From positions 1-35,965 of the forward strand of contig JBIIHV010000001.1 of the NCBI GenBank assembly GCA_044235415.1: a stretch of DNA of 35,965 nt, in the 5' to 3' direction. Position 1 is the first letter of the stretch. Each line of letters starts with the position of its first letter. The notes beneath the pieces were generated by a model that saw only the letters and a program-made list of their open reading frames with translations, made no database searches and had not been told where the DNA came from. The stretch comes from Ilumatobacteraceae bacterium (GTDB taxonomy: Bacteria; Actinomycetota; Acidimicrobiia; Acidimicrobiales; Ilumatobacteraceae). Positions 23,190-34,995 of this stretch are shown here, piece after piece. A program made the translations under genes and the position numbers.

Positions 23190-23932
23190 CGCGCCACCGC
23201 CCCGAGTGCGTTGAGGGACTTGCGGAGCGCGAACGCCTCGCGGAGGATCTTCACGATCACCGAGGGCCTGCTGAGCGTGGACACTCCACGGGTGCGCGGG
23301 AAGTAGTCGGTCCCGAACTGCAGGACCGAATAGCCCATCTTCTTCGCACTCACCATCAGTTCGGCGTCGATGAAGGAGCCCTCGCTGCGGAGCTGCACCG
23401 CGTCGAGGACGCGACGCCGCACCAGCTTGAACGCGAAGTTCACGTCACGGAACCGGCAGCGGAAGAGCACCCGCACCAGGAGGTTGTAGAGCGCGGAGTA
23501 CACGGTGCGCACGTACCCCTCGCCGGTGCGGTCGAACCGGTAGGCCGAGACCACGTCGGCTTCGTACTGGTGCATGAGCCGCAGTGCCTTGTGCGCCTCG
23601 CGCATGTCGAACGGCAGGTCCGCATCGGTGTAGAGCACCACGTCCCCCCGTGCCGCCGCGAACCCCGACCGGATCGAGCCCCCGAGCTTGCGGTTGACCG
23701 GGTGGTGGACGACCCGCACCCGCCGGTTCGCCGCTGCCGCCTCGTCCGCGAGGCGCGGCGTGGCGTCAGTGCTGGCGTCGTCCACGATGATGAGTTCGTA
23801 GTCGCCGACCATTCCGCTCGCAACGAGCTCGTCACCGACCTCGGATGCGGCGGCGAGGGCACGGTGCAGGTACTCCTCCTCGTTCCACATCGGGAAGAAC
23901 ACGGAGAACGTGCCGAAACGGGGGGTCGACAT
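23186..23932 (-). CDS. GT2-family glycosyltransferase (polyprenol-phosphate sugar transferase-like)
   Basis: FSVFFPMWNEEEY, LIIVDDASTDAT, YTDADLP and FAFKL blocks. ATG 23932 is preferred over 23977 because the extra 15 codons use atypical A/T-ending codons (ACT AAT). Confidence 0.75.
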   Translation of the reverse strand: MSTPRFGTFSVFFPMWNEEEYLHRALAAASEVGDELVASGMVGDYELIIVDDASTDATPRLADEAAAANRRVRVVHHPVNRKLGGSIRSGFAAARGDVVLYTDADLPFDMREAHKALRLMHQYEADVVSAYRFDRTGEGYVRTVYSALYNLLVRVLFRCRFRDVNFAFKLVRRRVLDAVQLRSEGSFIDAELMVSAKKMGYSVLQFGTDYFPRTRGVSTLSRPSVIVKILREAFALRKSLNALGAVAR

Positions 23933-23983
23933 GTCACCCGACAGATTAGTTGCGGGGGACCGTGGGTACTCTGCCATGCGTGA

Positions 23984-26922
<2,939 letters not shown>

Positions 26923-26961
26923 GCCCTCAGTCTGCCCGTTCGCCGCGCCGAACCTCGGGAG

Positions 26962-26967
26962 TAGGGT
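26962..26967 (+). promoter_or_regulatory. putative -10 hexamer (TAGGGT) for a leaderless membrane-protein gene
   Basis: TAGGGT-ccgacc-GTG 26974. No SD is present. Confidence 0.35.
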
Positions 26968-26973
26968 CCGACC

Positions 26974-27831
26974 GTGCCGCGCTTCTTCCGTGCGCAACGA
27001 GGCCCCGCGGTCGCGTTCGCCATCGTCCTGTCCGCCCTCGCGCTCGTCTTCGCCCTCGCACTCGGGGTGCTCCTCTCGGTCGGGACGGGAAACCCTGCGA
27101 CCCGCGCGATCCACGCACTGACGGAGGACCCCGAGTTCCGCGAGGAGGCCGCGAGGTACTTCGTCGACGCGCTGTCGGAGGGTGCCGATGGCGACGCGAG
27201 CCAGTTCCTGAGCCGCAACGAGGCCGCAGTTACCGCCGTGCTCGCGGACCTCATCGGATCGGAGTCGTTCACCAGGGAACTCGACGCCATCTCCGAGTCG
27301 GCCCGTGCATGGTTTGTCGACGGCGACCCCGCCTCGAGGCGGATCTCGATTGCGCCGCCGGTGTCGCAGATGGTCGATGTGCTCGAACGAGTCGACCCGC
27401 AGTTCGGCGTGCTCCGGGAGGGACTCGCCGATCTCGACCGGCTCGATCTCGCCGACGACGGAGCAGACTCGCCGGAACTGGGGAGGATCATCGACATCGT
27501 CCTCCTCGTCACGCTGGCGTTGCTTGCACTGCTGGCCGCCGTGGGCGTCGGCTATGCGCGCGTCGCCGCGTCGGCGAATGGTGCGACGCGCACGTTCGGA
27601 GCCCTTGCGGCGACGATTGGTGTCGTGCTGGTCGGGATCTGGTTGGTCGCCACCCGTGTTGCAGAGACCGCCGCATCGGCACAGGACGAGGCGCTGGCAC
27701 GGATCGCCATTCCGACTGCAGCCGCCGCGGTGGTTGCGCCGATCCGCACCCTCGGCACCGCGTGGATCGTGGGCGGGGCCGCACTGGTCGTCGCATCCGT
27801 GGTGCGTGGAGGCCGCGGCGCGACGGCGTGA
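26974..27831 (+). CDS. hypothetical membrane protein
   Basis: 285 aa. N-terminal TM helix (AVAFAIVLSALALVFALALGVLL), an acidic soluble segment, then 3-4 C-terminal TM helices. Good G/C third-position bias. Confidence 0.65.
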   Translation: MPRFFRAQRGPAVAFAIVLSALALVFALALGVLLSVGTGNPATRAIHALTEDPEFREEAARYFVDALSEGADGDASQFLSRNEAAVTAVLADLIGSESFTRELDAISESARAWFVDGDPASRRISIAPPVSQMVDVLERVDPQFGVLREGLADLDRLDLADDGADSPELGRIIDIVLLVTLALLALLAAVGVGYARVAASANGATRTFGALAATIGVVLVGIWLVATRVAETAASAQDEALARIAIPTAAAAVVAPIRTLGTAWIVGGAALVVASVVRGGRGATA

Positions 27832-27838
27832 CGACCTC

Positions 27839-28636
27839 CTACGCGCGGATGTCGCGGCGCACGAACCCCGCGAAGGACGCCCACCCGAGCGCCGCGACCA
27901 GGGTGAGCGACCGGACGGAGTAGCCCGCGTCGATGCCGCGGTTGATCGCGTCCGACCCGAGCGCCCACTGCACCGGGTTCCACGGCAGCAGCGCACCGGC
28001 CCACGAGGCGAGCGGAGCAATCGAATACAGCACGAACGCGACGATCGCCGAGCCGACCGTGGCCGCCAGCGCCGCCCCCTTGCGGCCGGTCGACCCGCCC
28101 ACCGCGGCACCGAGCGCGGCGAAGGTTGCGCCGAGCAGCACGAGGTGCCACGCGGCAGCTCCGTAGCGTGAGACCGGCACCGAGAAGTCGAGGAGTCGCG
28201 TGCCGACGACGAGGGCGACGACCAGCACCGCGCCGACGGCTAGGAGCACCAGCACCGACGCGAGCATGCGGGCCGCGAGGTATGCACCCCGCCGGACGGG
28301 GAGTGACAGCACGATGTCCGCGGTGCCGTCGTCCTCGTCCTCCGCGGCGACCCGAGACCCCCAGGCCGAGCCGATCGAGATGAAGATCAACGGCAGCGTC
28401 GCGCTGAAGAGCTCGGTGTTCAGGTAGCCGGTCTCCGACGCGTAGTCCTCCATGCGGAAGATCTTGCGCAGCGCCTCGGGCATCGCCTCGGCGACGCCAC
28501 TGAGCTCCTCGACGGACGCCCGGAAGCTCCGGTAGACCCACAGTTGCACGGCCACCAGCGCCACGACGCCCGCGATCCACGCCAGCGTGGTCCTACGGCG
28601 GTCTCGCAGCGACTTCGCGACGAGGAGCCACGGCAT
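27839..28636 (-). CDS. ABC-2-type transporter permease
   Basis: 265 aa from ATG 28636, which overlaps the ATPase stop by 1 nt (TGATG). About six hydrophobic helices, directly downstream of an ABC ATPase. Confidence 0.75.
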   Translation of the reverse strand: MPWLLVAKSLRDRRRTTLAWIAGVVALVAVQLWVYRSFRASVEELSGVAEAMPEALRKIFRMEDYASETGYLNTELFSATLPLIFISIGSAWGSRVAAEDEDDGTADIVLSLPVRRGAYLAARMLASVLVLLAVGAVLVVALVVGTRLLDFSVPVSRYGAAAWHLVLLGATFAALGAAVGGSTGRKGAALAATVGSAIVAFVLYSIAPLASWAGALLPWNPVQWALGSDAINRGIDAGYSVRSLTLVAALGWASFAGFVRRDIRA

Positions 28637-29565
28637 CACGGCGCCCCATCCACGACCGACAGGAAGACCTCCTCGAGGCTCTGCTCGCGGGACTGGACAC
28701 CCACGAGGCCGAGGTCGAGCGCCGCACGAAGCAACGGCGCCTCGCTCCCGACGACGCGGCACGAGAGCACGGACCTCGATGCGACCACGCCGCGCACCCC
28801 GTCCACGCCCGTCAGCGCCGACGCAGGTACCGGGGCTGCGAACTCGAGGTCGATGCGCCGCGGCGCACGGGAGCGCAGTCCCTCCATGTCGTCCACCAGC
28901 GCGAGGCGCCCCCGGTGCACCACCGCGACGCGCGTCGCGAGCCGCTCGACCTCTGCCATCACGTGGGACGACAGCAGCACCGTCGCGCCGCGGGCGCGGC
29001 ACCCGTCGATCATGGCGTCGAACTCGCGCTGCACGATCGGGTCGAGTCCCGAGGTCGGCTCGTCGAGCACGAGCAGGTCGGGGTCGTGCATGAAGGCCTG
29101 GACCAGCGCGACCTTCTGTCGCGTGCCCTTCGACAGCCGCGAAATGCGGCCCTCCTCGCGCAATCCGAGCCGCTCGCACAGCTCACCCCGTCGGTGCGAG
29201 CAGTCTCCACCCCGCAGTCCCGCGAGCATGTCGAGGTAGTCGCCGACCCGCATCGTGCCGTAGAGGCCCGGTTCGCCGGGCAGATACCCCGTCCGTGCGC
29301 GCCACGACGGGTCGGCCCCCGCGACATCGACCCCGAACACCCGTGCCGTTCCACCGGTCGGCCGCAACAGGCCGAGCAGCGTGCGGATGATCGTGGTCTT
29401 GCCGGATCCGTTCGGCCCGAGCAGCCCGACCACGTCGCCCCGGTGCGCGGTGAACGACACGTCGTCGACGCCCCTTGAGCGGCTTCGCCCGAGGATTCCG
29501 GTGGCGTAGGTCTTCGAGAGGTGCTCGACCTCGACGACGGACGACACGCGGCGGACGCTATCCAC
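28636..29565 (-). CDS. ABC transporter ATP-binding protein
   Basis: Walker A GPNGSGKTT, Q-loop, signature LSKGTRQKV, Walker B LLVLDEPTSGLD, H-loop SSH. The start is uncertain: GTG 29565 or GTG 29547. Confidence 0.85.
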   Translation of the reverse strand: MDSVRRVSSVVEVEHLSKTYATGILGRSRSRGVDDVSFTAHRGDVVGLLGPNGSGKTTIIRTLLGLLRPTGGTARVFGVDVAGADPSWRARTGYLPGEPGLYGTMRVGDYLDMLAGLRGGDCSHRRGELCERLGLREEGRISRLSKGTRQKVALVQAFMHDPDLLVLDEPTSGLDPIVQREFDAMIDGCRARGATVLLSSHVMAEVERLATRVAVVHRGRLALVDDMEGLRSRAPRRIDLEFAAPVPASALTGVDGVRGVVASRSVLSCRVVGSEAPLLRAALDLGLVGVQSREQSLEEVFLSVVDGAP

Positions 29566-29613
29566 ACCATCGCTCGCCAGCGTCCGGATCGGACCGCACG
29601 GGACGCCCGTCGG

Positions 29614-29619
29614 TAATCT
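29614..29619 (+). promoter_or_regulatory. putative -10 hexamer (TAATCT) for leaderless gpmI
   Basis: TAATCT-gcccac-GTG 29626. No SD is present. Confidence 0.4.
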
Positions 29620-29625
29620 GCCCAC

Positions 29626-31260
29626 GTGCCGGTGAACGACGCGTCGCGCCCGCTCGTCCTCGTGATCCTCGACGGCTTCGGCGTCGTGGCGCCCGCAGAC
29701 GACAACGCCGTGACACTGGCCGATGCGCCCGTGCTGCACCGCCTGCTCGCCGGCGACGGCTGCACCCTCATCCACCTCCGGGCGCACGGCACCGCGGTCG
29801 GCCTGCCGTCGGACGCCGACATGGGCAACTCCGAGGTCGGCCACAACATCATGGGCGCGGGACGGACGTTCGACCAGGGCGCGAAGCAGGTCGAGGAAGC
29901 CCTGCGCACGGGCAGCATCTGGGACGGACCGTGGCCCGAGATCGTCGCGCGGGGACGGGCCGGCGGACGCATCCACTTCGTCGGGCTGCTCTCGGACGGC
30001 AACGTCCACTCCCACGTCCGCCACCTCGCGGCACTGCTCGGCCGCGCCGCGGACGACGGCGCCCGGGACCTCGTCGTCCACGCACTGTTCGACGGACGGG
30101 ACGTCACCGACGGCACGGCCGAGCGCTACGCCGACGACACCGAGGCGCTCCTCGCTGCACTGCGGGCCCGACATGGAATCGACGCACGCTTCGGCTCAGG
30201 GGGCGGCCGGATGTGCACGACGATGGACCGCTACGAGGCGGACTGGAGCGTCGTCGCCCGCGGGTGGGAAGCCCACGTGACGGGAACCGCCCGGCCGTTC
30301 CCGACGGTTGCCACGGCGCTCGCAACGCTGCGGGCCGAGGACCCGACCGTCAGCGACCAGTTCCTCCCGGCGTTCACGGTCGTCGGCGCGGACGGTGCGC
30401 CCGTCGGCGCGGTGCGCCCCGGCGACGCGATCGTGCTGTTCAACTTCCGCGGCGACCGGATGATCGAGATCTACCGCGCGCTGACCGAGGAGCCATTCGA
30501 CCGGTTCAACCGAGGACCGGTGCCCGACGACCTGCTCGTCGCGGGCATGACGCTGTACGACGGCGACCTCGGCATTCCCGCGCGGTACCTCGTGCAGCCG
30601 CAGCGAGTCCACGACACCGTGTCGGAGGTGGTCGCGCGCGCAGGGCTCGCGCAGGTGGCGATAGCCGAGACGCAGAAGTTCGGCCATGTGACGTACTTCT
30701 GGAACGGCAACCGCTCCGACAAGTTCGATCCCGCGCTCGAGGAGTACGTGGAGATCCCGTCCGACCTGGTGCCCTTCGAGCAGCGTCCGTGGATGAAGTC
30801 CGCGGAGACCGCCGACGAGATCGTGCGCCGCATCGGTGAGCGCCGCTTCGCGTTCATCCGTGCCAACTTTGCGGCCGGCGACATGGTGGGCCACACCGGC
30901 GACGTGGCGGCGTCGACCGCGGCCGTCGAGGCGATGGACCGTGCCATCGCGCGGGTGCTGGACGCAGTCCGCGAGGCGGGCGGCACGCTCGTGCTGACCG
31001 CCGACCACGGCAACTGCGAGGTGTTGGTCGAGCGCGGCAAGGACGGTGCACCGCTCACCGGCACGGACGGCCGCCCGGTGCCGAAGAAGTCCCACACGCT
31101 GTCGCCCGTGCCGTTCGTCGTGGTCGACGCGCTCGGACGCGACGTGCGTCCCTCGCGGGTCGAGCGCCCGGGCCTCGCCAACATCGGCGCGTCCCTGCTG
31201 GCGATGCTGGGCGTGCCCGTCCCCTCGGCCTACGCCGAGCCGGTGGTGACGGTCGGCTGA
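29626..31260 (+). CDS. gpmI: 2,3-bisphosphoglycerate-independent phosphoglycerate mutase
   Basis: 544 aa. ILDGFG, MGNSEVGHNIMGAGR, SDGNVHSH, GRMCTTMDRY, NFAAGDMVGHTG and ADHGNCE blocks. Confidence 0.9.
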   Translation: MPVNDASRPLVLVILDGFGVVAPADDNAVTLADAPVLHRLLAGDGCTLIHLRAHGTAVGLPSDADMGNSEVGHNIMGAGRTFDQGAKQVEEALRTGSIWDGPWPEIVARGRAGGRIHFVGLLSDGNVHSHVRHLAALLGRAADDGARDLVVHALFDGRDVTDGTAERYADDTEALLAALRARHGIDARFGSGGGRMCTTMDRYEADWSVVARGWEAHVTGTARPFPTVATALATLRAEDPTVSDQFLPAFTVVGADGAPVGAVRPGDAIVLFNFRGDRMIEIYRALTEEPFDRFNRGPVPDDLLVAGMTLYDGDLGIPARYLVQPQRVHDTVSEVVARAGLAQVAIAETQKFGHVTYFWNGNRSDKFDPALEEYVEIPSDLVPFEQRPWMKSAETADEIVRRIGERRFAFIRANFAAGDMVGHTGDVAASTAAVEAMDRAIARVLDAVREAGGTLVLTADHGNCEVLVERGKDGAPLTGTDGRPVPKKSHTLSPVPFVVVDALGRDVRPSRVERPGLANIGASLLAMLGVPVPSAYAEPVVTVG

Positions 31261-31270
31261 TCCGGACCGG

Positions 31271-32092
31271 TCAGGGCTGGACGACGGTGCGGCGCCCGCG
31301 CTGGCGGAAGCCCTTCGGACAGGTCGGGTCGGGTCCCTTGACCGGGCGCACCTTCGATCCCTTGGCGCACCTGATGCGGTAGATCACCACCGGCGCGGCC
31401 AACGAAGGGTCAGTGCAGGTCGACTCGCCGTACATCTGCCTGATGACGGCACGGTCGAACGCGCTCAGCGCCGCGGGGCCGTACGGCTGCTGCCAAGGGT
31501 CCTCCTGCGTGCTCTCGATGTCGTCCCGCGGACGGATGTCGCCCATGCCGAGCACGTTCCCGAGCTCGTGCATGACCCCGTGCTTGAAGCCCGCTCCGCC
31601 CGCCGCGAGGAATCCCGAGGACGACCGCATGCGGATCGCGGCACGGGAGCGGATGCGGTCACCGCCCCACCACCCGTTCCAATAGCCGTCGACGGAGGTT
31701 CCCATCTCGGCGATCGGCGTCAATCCGATCGTGATCTCCGCGGGTGCGCCGCCGGCGACCTCCTCGAGGACGATCGAATCGAGCGCCGCGTCCCACGCGG
31801 CGAACGCCTCGCGCACCAGCGCCAGTTCGGCCTCCGAGAACGGCCTCGTGACGGCCTCGGTGTGCACCGTGGCGGCGAACGGCGTCCAGCGCAGGGTCCG
31901 CGAGGTGCCGGGTGCCGTCCACACCGTGCCGTAGTAGTCGTCGTAGAACAGCGAGGCGAGGTCGTAGGTCGGGCACGGAGCGGCCGCCATCGCGGAGACG
32001 GGCTCCGGTGGGGTCGTCGCCGCGACGCGCTCGGGCGCCGCGACGCCGGATGCGACGAGCGCCGCGAGCGCCACCACCGATGCGCGCCGCAT
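31271..32092 (-). CDS. secreted metzincin/snapalysin-like protein with a variant zinc motif (HELGNVLGMGD)
   Basis: 273 aa. Signal peptide MRRASVVALAALVASGVAAP. The motif HExxNxxGxxD sits where M7/M10-type proteases have HExxHxxGxx(D/H). The C-terminus is Cys-containing and basic. ATG 32092 overlaps the esterase stop by 1 nt (TGATG). Confidence 0.55.
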   Translation of the reverse strand: MRRASVVALAALVASGVAAPERVAATTPPEPVSAMAAAPCPTYDLASLFYDDYYGTVWTAPGTSRTLRWTPFAATVHTEAVTRPFSEAELALVREAFAAWDAALDSIVLEEVAGGAPAEITIGLTPIAEMGTSVDGYWNGWWGGDRIRSRAAIRMRSSSGFLAAGGAGFKHGVMHELGNVLGMGDIRPRDDIESTQEDPWQQPYGPAALSAFDRAVIRQMYGESTCTDPSLAAPVVIYRIRCAKGSKVRPVKGPDPTCPKGFRQRGRRTVVQP

Positions 32093-33153
32093 CACCGGGC
32101 ACCGACCGTCGCGAACGCGGCCAGGTGCGCCGCCGCATCCGCCGTGATCTCGGGGCAGACGATCGGGATCACCTCGGTCGCGTGCATCGTGCCCTTCACC
32201 TCGCGGCAGCGCGCCTGCACACCGGCCGCCAGCAGCCGCCGGTAGAACGCGACGCCCTCGTCGCGCAGCGGATCGCACTCGTTGACGCTGACCACCGTCG
32301 GTGGCAATCCGGCAAGGTCGGCCTCCGTCGCCCAGTACGGCCACGCGAGCGGGTTGCGCGCGTGCTCCGCGCCGTAGGCAAGGAACGGTCCGTTCCCGTC
32401 GAGGTTGATGAAGATGCCGTGGTTCTCCACCGTGCTCGGCAGCTCCGGCCTCGGGTACTCGCCCACGATGTACGGGCACAGCGCATACAGACCGGCGACG
32501 AGCGCAGACGAACCCTCGCGCACGCAGCGCATCGCCAGTGCGATCGCGAGGTTGCCTCCGCCGCTCTCACCCGCGACCACCACGCGCGACGGGTCGATGC
32601 CGAGCTCGACGTGCCGATCGTGCAGCCAACGGAGCCCCGACGCGCAGTCGTTCAAGCCCCCCGGGAACGGCGCGATCTCCGGCACCGCTCCGGGCTGCAT
32701 GGAGTTGCGGAACTCGACGAGCGCAACGGCCACGCCGTGCCGCGCGACGATGCGCGCCCATGCGCGGTAGTTGCCCATCGTGCTGGACAGCGACGCCATG
32801 CCGCCACCGTGGATGTAGTACACGCACGGCACCACGCGCCCGTCGTCCGGTCGCACCACGGTGACCAGGATCTCGTTGCCATCGGGCTGGGACGTGGTGC
32901 GGTGCTCGACCGTCGAGAGTCCCGCGCTCGGGGCCACCTCGTCGGTGTCGCACAGCAGCATCAGGTCCCGCTGCTGCCGGGCGTACTCGAGCGCAGCAGG
33001 ACTGTTGGCGGCCGCGACGGCCTCGTCGCGGGTCGCGAACCGCGGCGGATCACCCTGGGGCGGCAACAGGCTGAGCGCCCACCTCACGCGCGGGTCGAGC
33101 CGGTCGTCGGCCGAGGGATCGTGCGCGGAGGGTCGGTCGGCCGTGGTCGTCAT
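32092..33153 (-). CDS. alpha/beta hydrolase, hormone-sensitive-lipase-type carboxylesterase
   Basis: 353 aa from ATG 33153. Oxyanion HGGG (YYIHGGGM), nucleophile GESGGGN, then the DPLRDEG and H blocks. Confidence 0.8.
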   Translation of the reverse strand: MTTTADRPSAHDPSADDRLDPRVRWALSLLPPQGDPPRFATRDEAVAAANSPAALEYARQQRDLMLLCDTDEVAPSAGLSTVEHRTTSQPDGNEILVTVVRPDDGRVVPCVYYIHGGGMASLSSTMGNYRAWARIVARHGVAVALVEFRNSMQPGAVPEIAPFPGGLNDCASGLRWLHDRHVELGIDPSRVVVAGESGGGNLAIALAMRCVREGSSALVAGLYALCPYIVGEYPRPELPSTVENHGIFINLDGNGPFLAYGAEHARNPLAWPYWATEADLAGLPPTVVSVNECDPLRDEGVAFYRRLLAAGVQARCREVKGTMHATEVIPIVCPEITADAAAHLAAFATVGAR

Positions 33154-33199
33154 GCCCCAAGTAGAGCACCCGCGCCACCGGGTCGGGCACACTGTCGCC

Positions 33200-33610
33200 A
33201 TGCCCGCACCCGATCTCGACTCCGTCCGCTACGTCCGGCTCACCACGTTCCGCCGCACCGGCACGGCGGTGCACACCCCGGTGTGGTTCGCCCCCGTCCC
33301 TGGCGGCTGGGGCGTCATCACCGAGACCGGTGCCGGGAAGGTCAAGCGCATCCGGGCCGGGTCTCGGGTCGTCATCGCGCCGTGCGACGCGCGGGGACGC
33401 GTGGCGGACGGCGCGCCCGAGTGGACCGCATCGGCGAGGCTCGTGACCGGCGACGAAGCCGTCGCCGTCCGACGGGCGGTGCGCCGCCGGTACCGCGTCG
33501 GGTACGCCGCGTTCTCGCTGGTCTGGATCGCGCAATCCGCCGTCGAGCGACTCCGACGCACGCACGATGCGCTCCCCGAGACGGCGATCGTCTTTGCGAT
33601 CGCACCCTGA
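33200..33610 (+). CDS. PPOX-class (pyridoxamine 5'-phosphate oxidase-like) probable F420-dependent protein
   Basis: 136 aa. VRLTTFRRTGTAVHTPVWFAP ... GAGKVKRIRAGSRVVIAPCDARG ... RRYR are blocks typical of the small actinobacterial PPOX/F420 family. ATG 33200. Confidence 0.65.
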   Translation: MPAPDLDSVRYVRLTTFRRTGTAVHTPVWFAPVPGGWGVITETGAGKVKRIRAGSRVVIAPCDARGRVADGAPEWTASARLVTGDEAVAVRRAVRRRYRVGYAAFSLVWIAQSAVERLRRTHDALPETAIVFAIAP

Positions 33611-33620
33611 TCGGCTGCGT

Positions 33621-34799
33621 TCACCCGGCGCTGGGCGACGGGACAAGCGCGGCGAGCGACTCGGCGACGATCGCCCATGATGGACGCCGGTCGTCCGGCA
33701 TCTCCGTGAGGTAGTCGCGCACGTACGCGGCATGGCGCGCGTCGTCGACCCGGGTCGGCACCGTCGGCGCGAGCTCGCCGTCGATCATGTCGACCGGTGC
33801 CCCCAACGACTCGGCCAGCGCGACGGTGAACGGACCCTCCCAGGACCGGAGGAGGTCGCCGTCCGCGAGCACGACCAGCGGGCGGCGCCACGCCGCGGCG
33901 AACGACGCAGCCGTCGAGTTGTGCGTGAGCACGAGCGAGGCGCCCGCGACGGCCTCGACGGTGGGGCGGTCGGACACGCGCCATCCGGGCAGCCGCCGCG
34001 CCAGGCGCGACCGGTCCGCGCGGGGGTGCGCAGCCACGACGACCTCCAGCCCGGACTCGTCCTCGAGCCGGCGGAAGTACCGGTTGAGCGCGCAATAGAA
34101 GCCGCGCGGCCTGATCGGCACGCGGAGGCGCGACACGCGGTAGTCGGGGTGGAAGCCCATCTCCTGGTCGAGGTAGAGCGCATAGGGACGCTCGGTGCCG
34201 GCCGGACGACGCATGCCGGAGGCCAGAAGGAACACGTCCCAGTCCAGGCTGTGGGCCGGCAGCACCGTGCCGACCAGCCGAGCGTGCCGCTCGCGCATGG
34301 CCGCCCCCGCAACCACGCGCACGTCGGGAACGACCGAGACGTGCGCGCGGTCGACCTTCCTCGCGACGAGCGACCGGACGAGGTCGACCATCGATGGCGC
34401 CTGCTGCAGCTTGCGCCGCACCCTCGCCGGGAGTCCGCGTTCGCTGCGCACGTCGCCGGGGGTGCAGCCGAGCACGAACTCGACGGTCACCGAGCCGACT
34501 GAACGCGCCGCGGCGAAGACGGCCGTACGCAACGGCGACGGGCCGAGGTTGCTGACCAGTACCGCCGGCGACGACTGCGACACCTGTGCGACGGCACCGG
34601 CGACGGTGTCCGCGATCCGGACCCACGACGGAGGTTCGTACGTGTGCGACGGGTGCCGGTACACGGATGAGCCGCACCCCGCGACGTCCAGCACCTCGAC
34701 GTCGAAGTGCATCCGCAGATAGGCGATGCCGAACCGGACCTCGTCGCGCGCCGAGAACGGGTGCTCGACCACGAACAGGAGGCGGGGCGCATGTGACAT
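33621..34799 (-). CDS. hypothetical protein, possibly a GT-B-like glycosyl/phosphotransferase
   Basis: 392 aa with good G/C third-position bias. The C-terminal half (VVVAAHPRAD...LVLTHNSTAASFAAAWRRPLVVL) resembles the C-domain of capsule/teichoic-type transferases. I recognise no firm family. Confidence 0.6.
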   Translation of the reverse strand: MSHAPRLLFVVEHPFSARDEVRFGIAYLRMHFDVEVLDVAGCGSSVYRHPSHTYEPPSWVRIADTVAGAVAQVSQSSPAVLVSNLGPSPLRTAVFAAARSVGSVTVEFVLGCTPGDVRSERGLPARVRRKLQQAPSMVDLVRSLVARKVDRAHVSVVPDVRVVAGAAMRERHARLVGTVLPAHSLDWDVFLLASGMRRPAGTERPYALYLDQEMGFHPDYRVSRLRVPIRPRGFYCALNRYFRRLEDESGLEVVVAAHPRADRSRLARRLPGWRVSDRPTVEAVAGASLVLTHNSTAASFAAAWRRPLVVLADGDLLRSWEGPFTVALAESLGAPVDMIDGELAPTVPTRVDDARHAAYVRDYLTEMPDDRRPSWAIVAESLAALVPSPSAG

Positions 34800-34853
34800 G
34801 GGCGACCCGCGGAACCCGTCACGGGTGAGTGATGTTTACCACGGGGCGGTTGC

Positions 34854-34876
34854 GGCACGGGTTCGCCCGGGGTGCC
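34854..34876 (-). terminator. GC-rich hairpin downstream of tRNA-Leu (possible terminator or processing structure)
   Basis: GGCAC-GGG-ttcg-CCC-ggg-GTGCC, about 27 nt past the tRNA 3' end on the minus strand. There is no U-tract. Confidence 0.3.
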
Positions 34877-34902
34877 GTGGGGCCGGACACCCGTGCGCCG
34901 TG

Positions 34903-34987
34903 TGCCCGGGGTGGGTGTCGAACCCACACGACCCTCACGGGTCAGGGAATTTTAAGTTCCCCGCGTCTGCCGTTCCGCCACCCGGGC
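34903..34987 (-). tRNA. tRNA-Leu, anticodon UAA (class II, long variable arm)
   Basis: Folded by hand on the minus strand. Acceptor GCCCGGG/CCCGGGC. Anticodon stem GGGAA/TTCCC with loop CTTAAAA, giving anticodon TAA. Long variable arm (GACCC-GTGA-GGGTC). T arm GTGGG-TTCGACA-CCCAC. Discriminator A. CCA is not encoded. Confidence 0.85.
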
Positions 34988-34995
34988 CGCGACGG

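Noticed and set aside
27839-29565. ABC-2 exporter pair as part of a lantibiotic or immunity cluster.
   Set aside because: No precursor peptide, modification enzyme or two-component system is nearby. The neighbours are gpmI and a generic membrane protein.
33621-34987. tRNA-Leu-adjacent genomic island.
   Set aside because: There is no integrase or recombinase. I could find no direct repeat of the tRNA 3' end in the window, and the flanking genes show no visible compositional shift.
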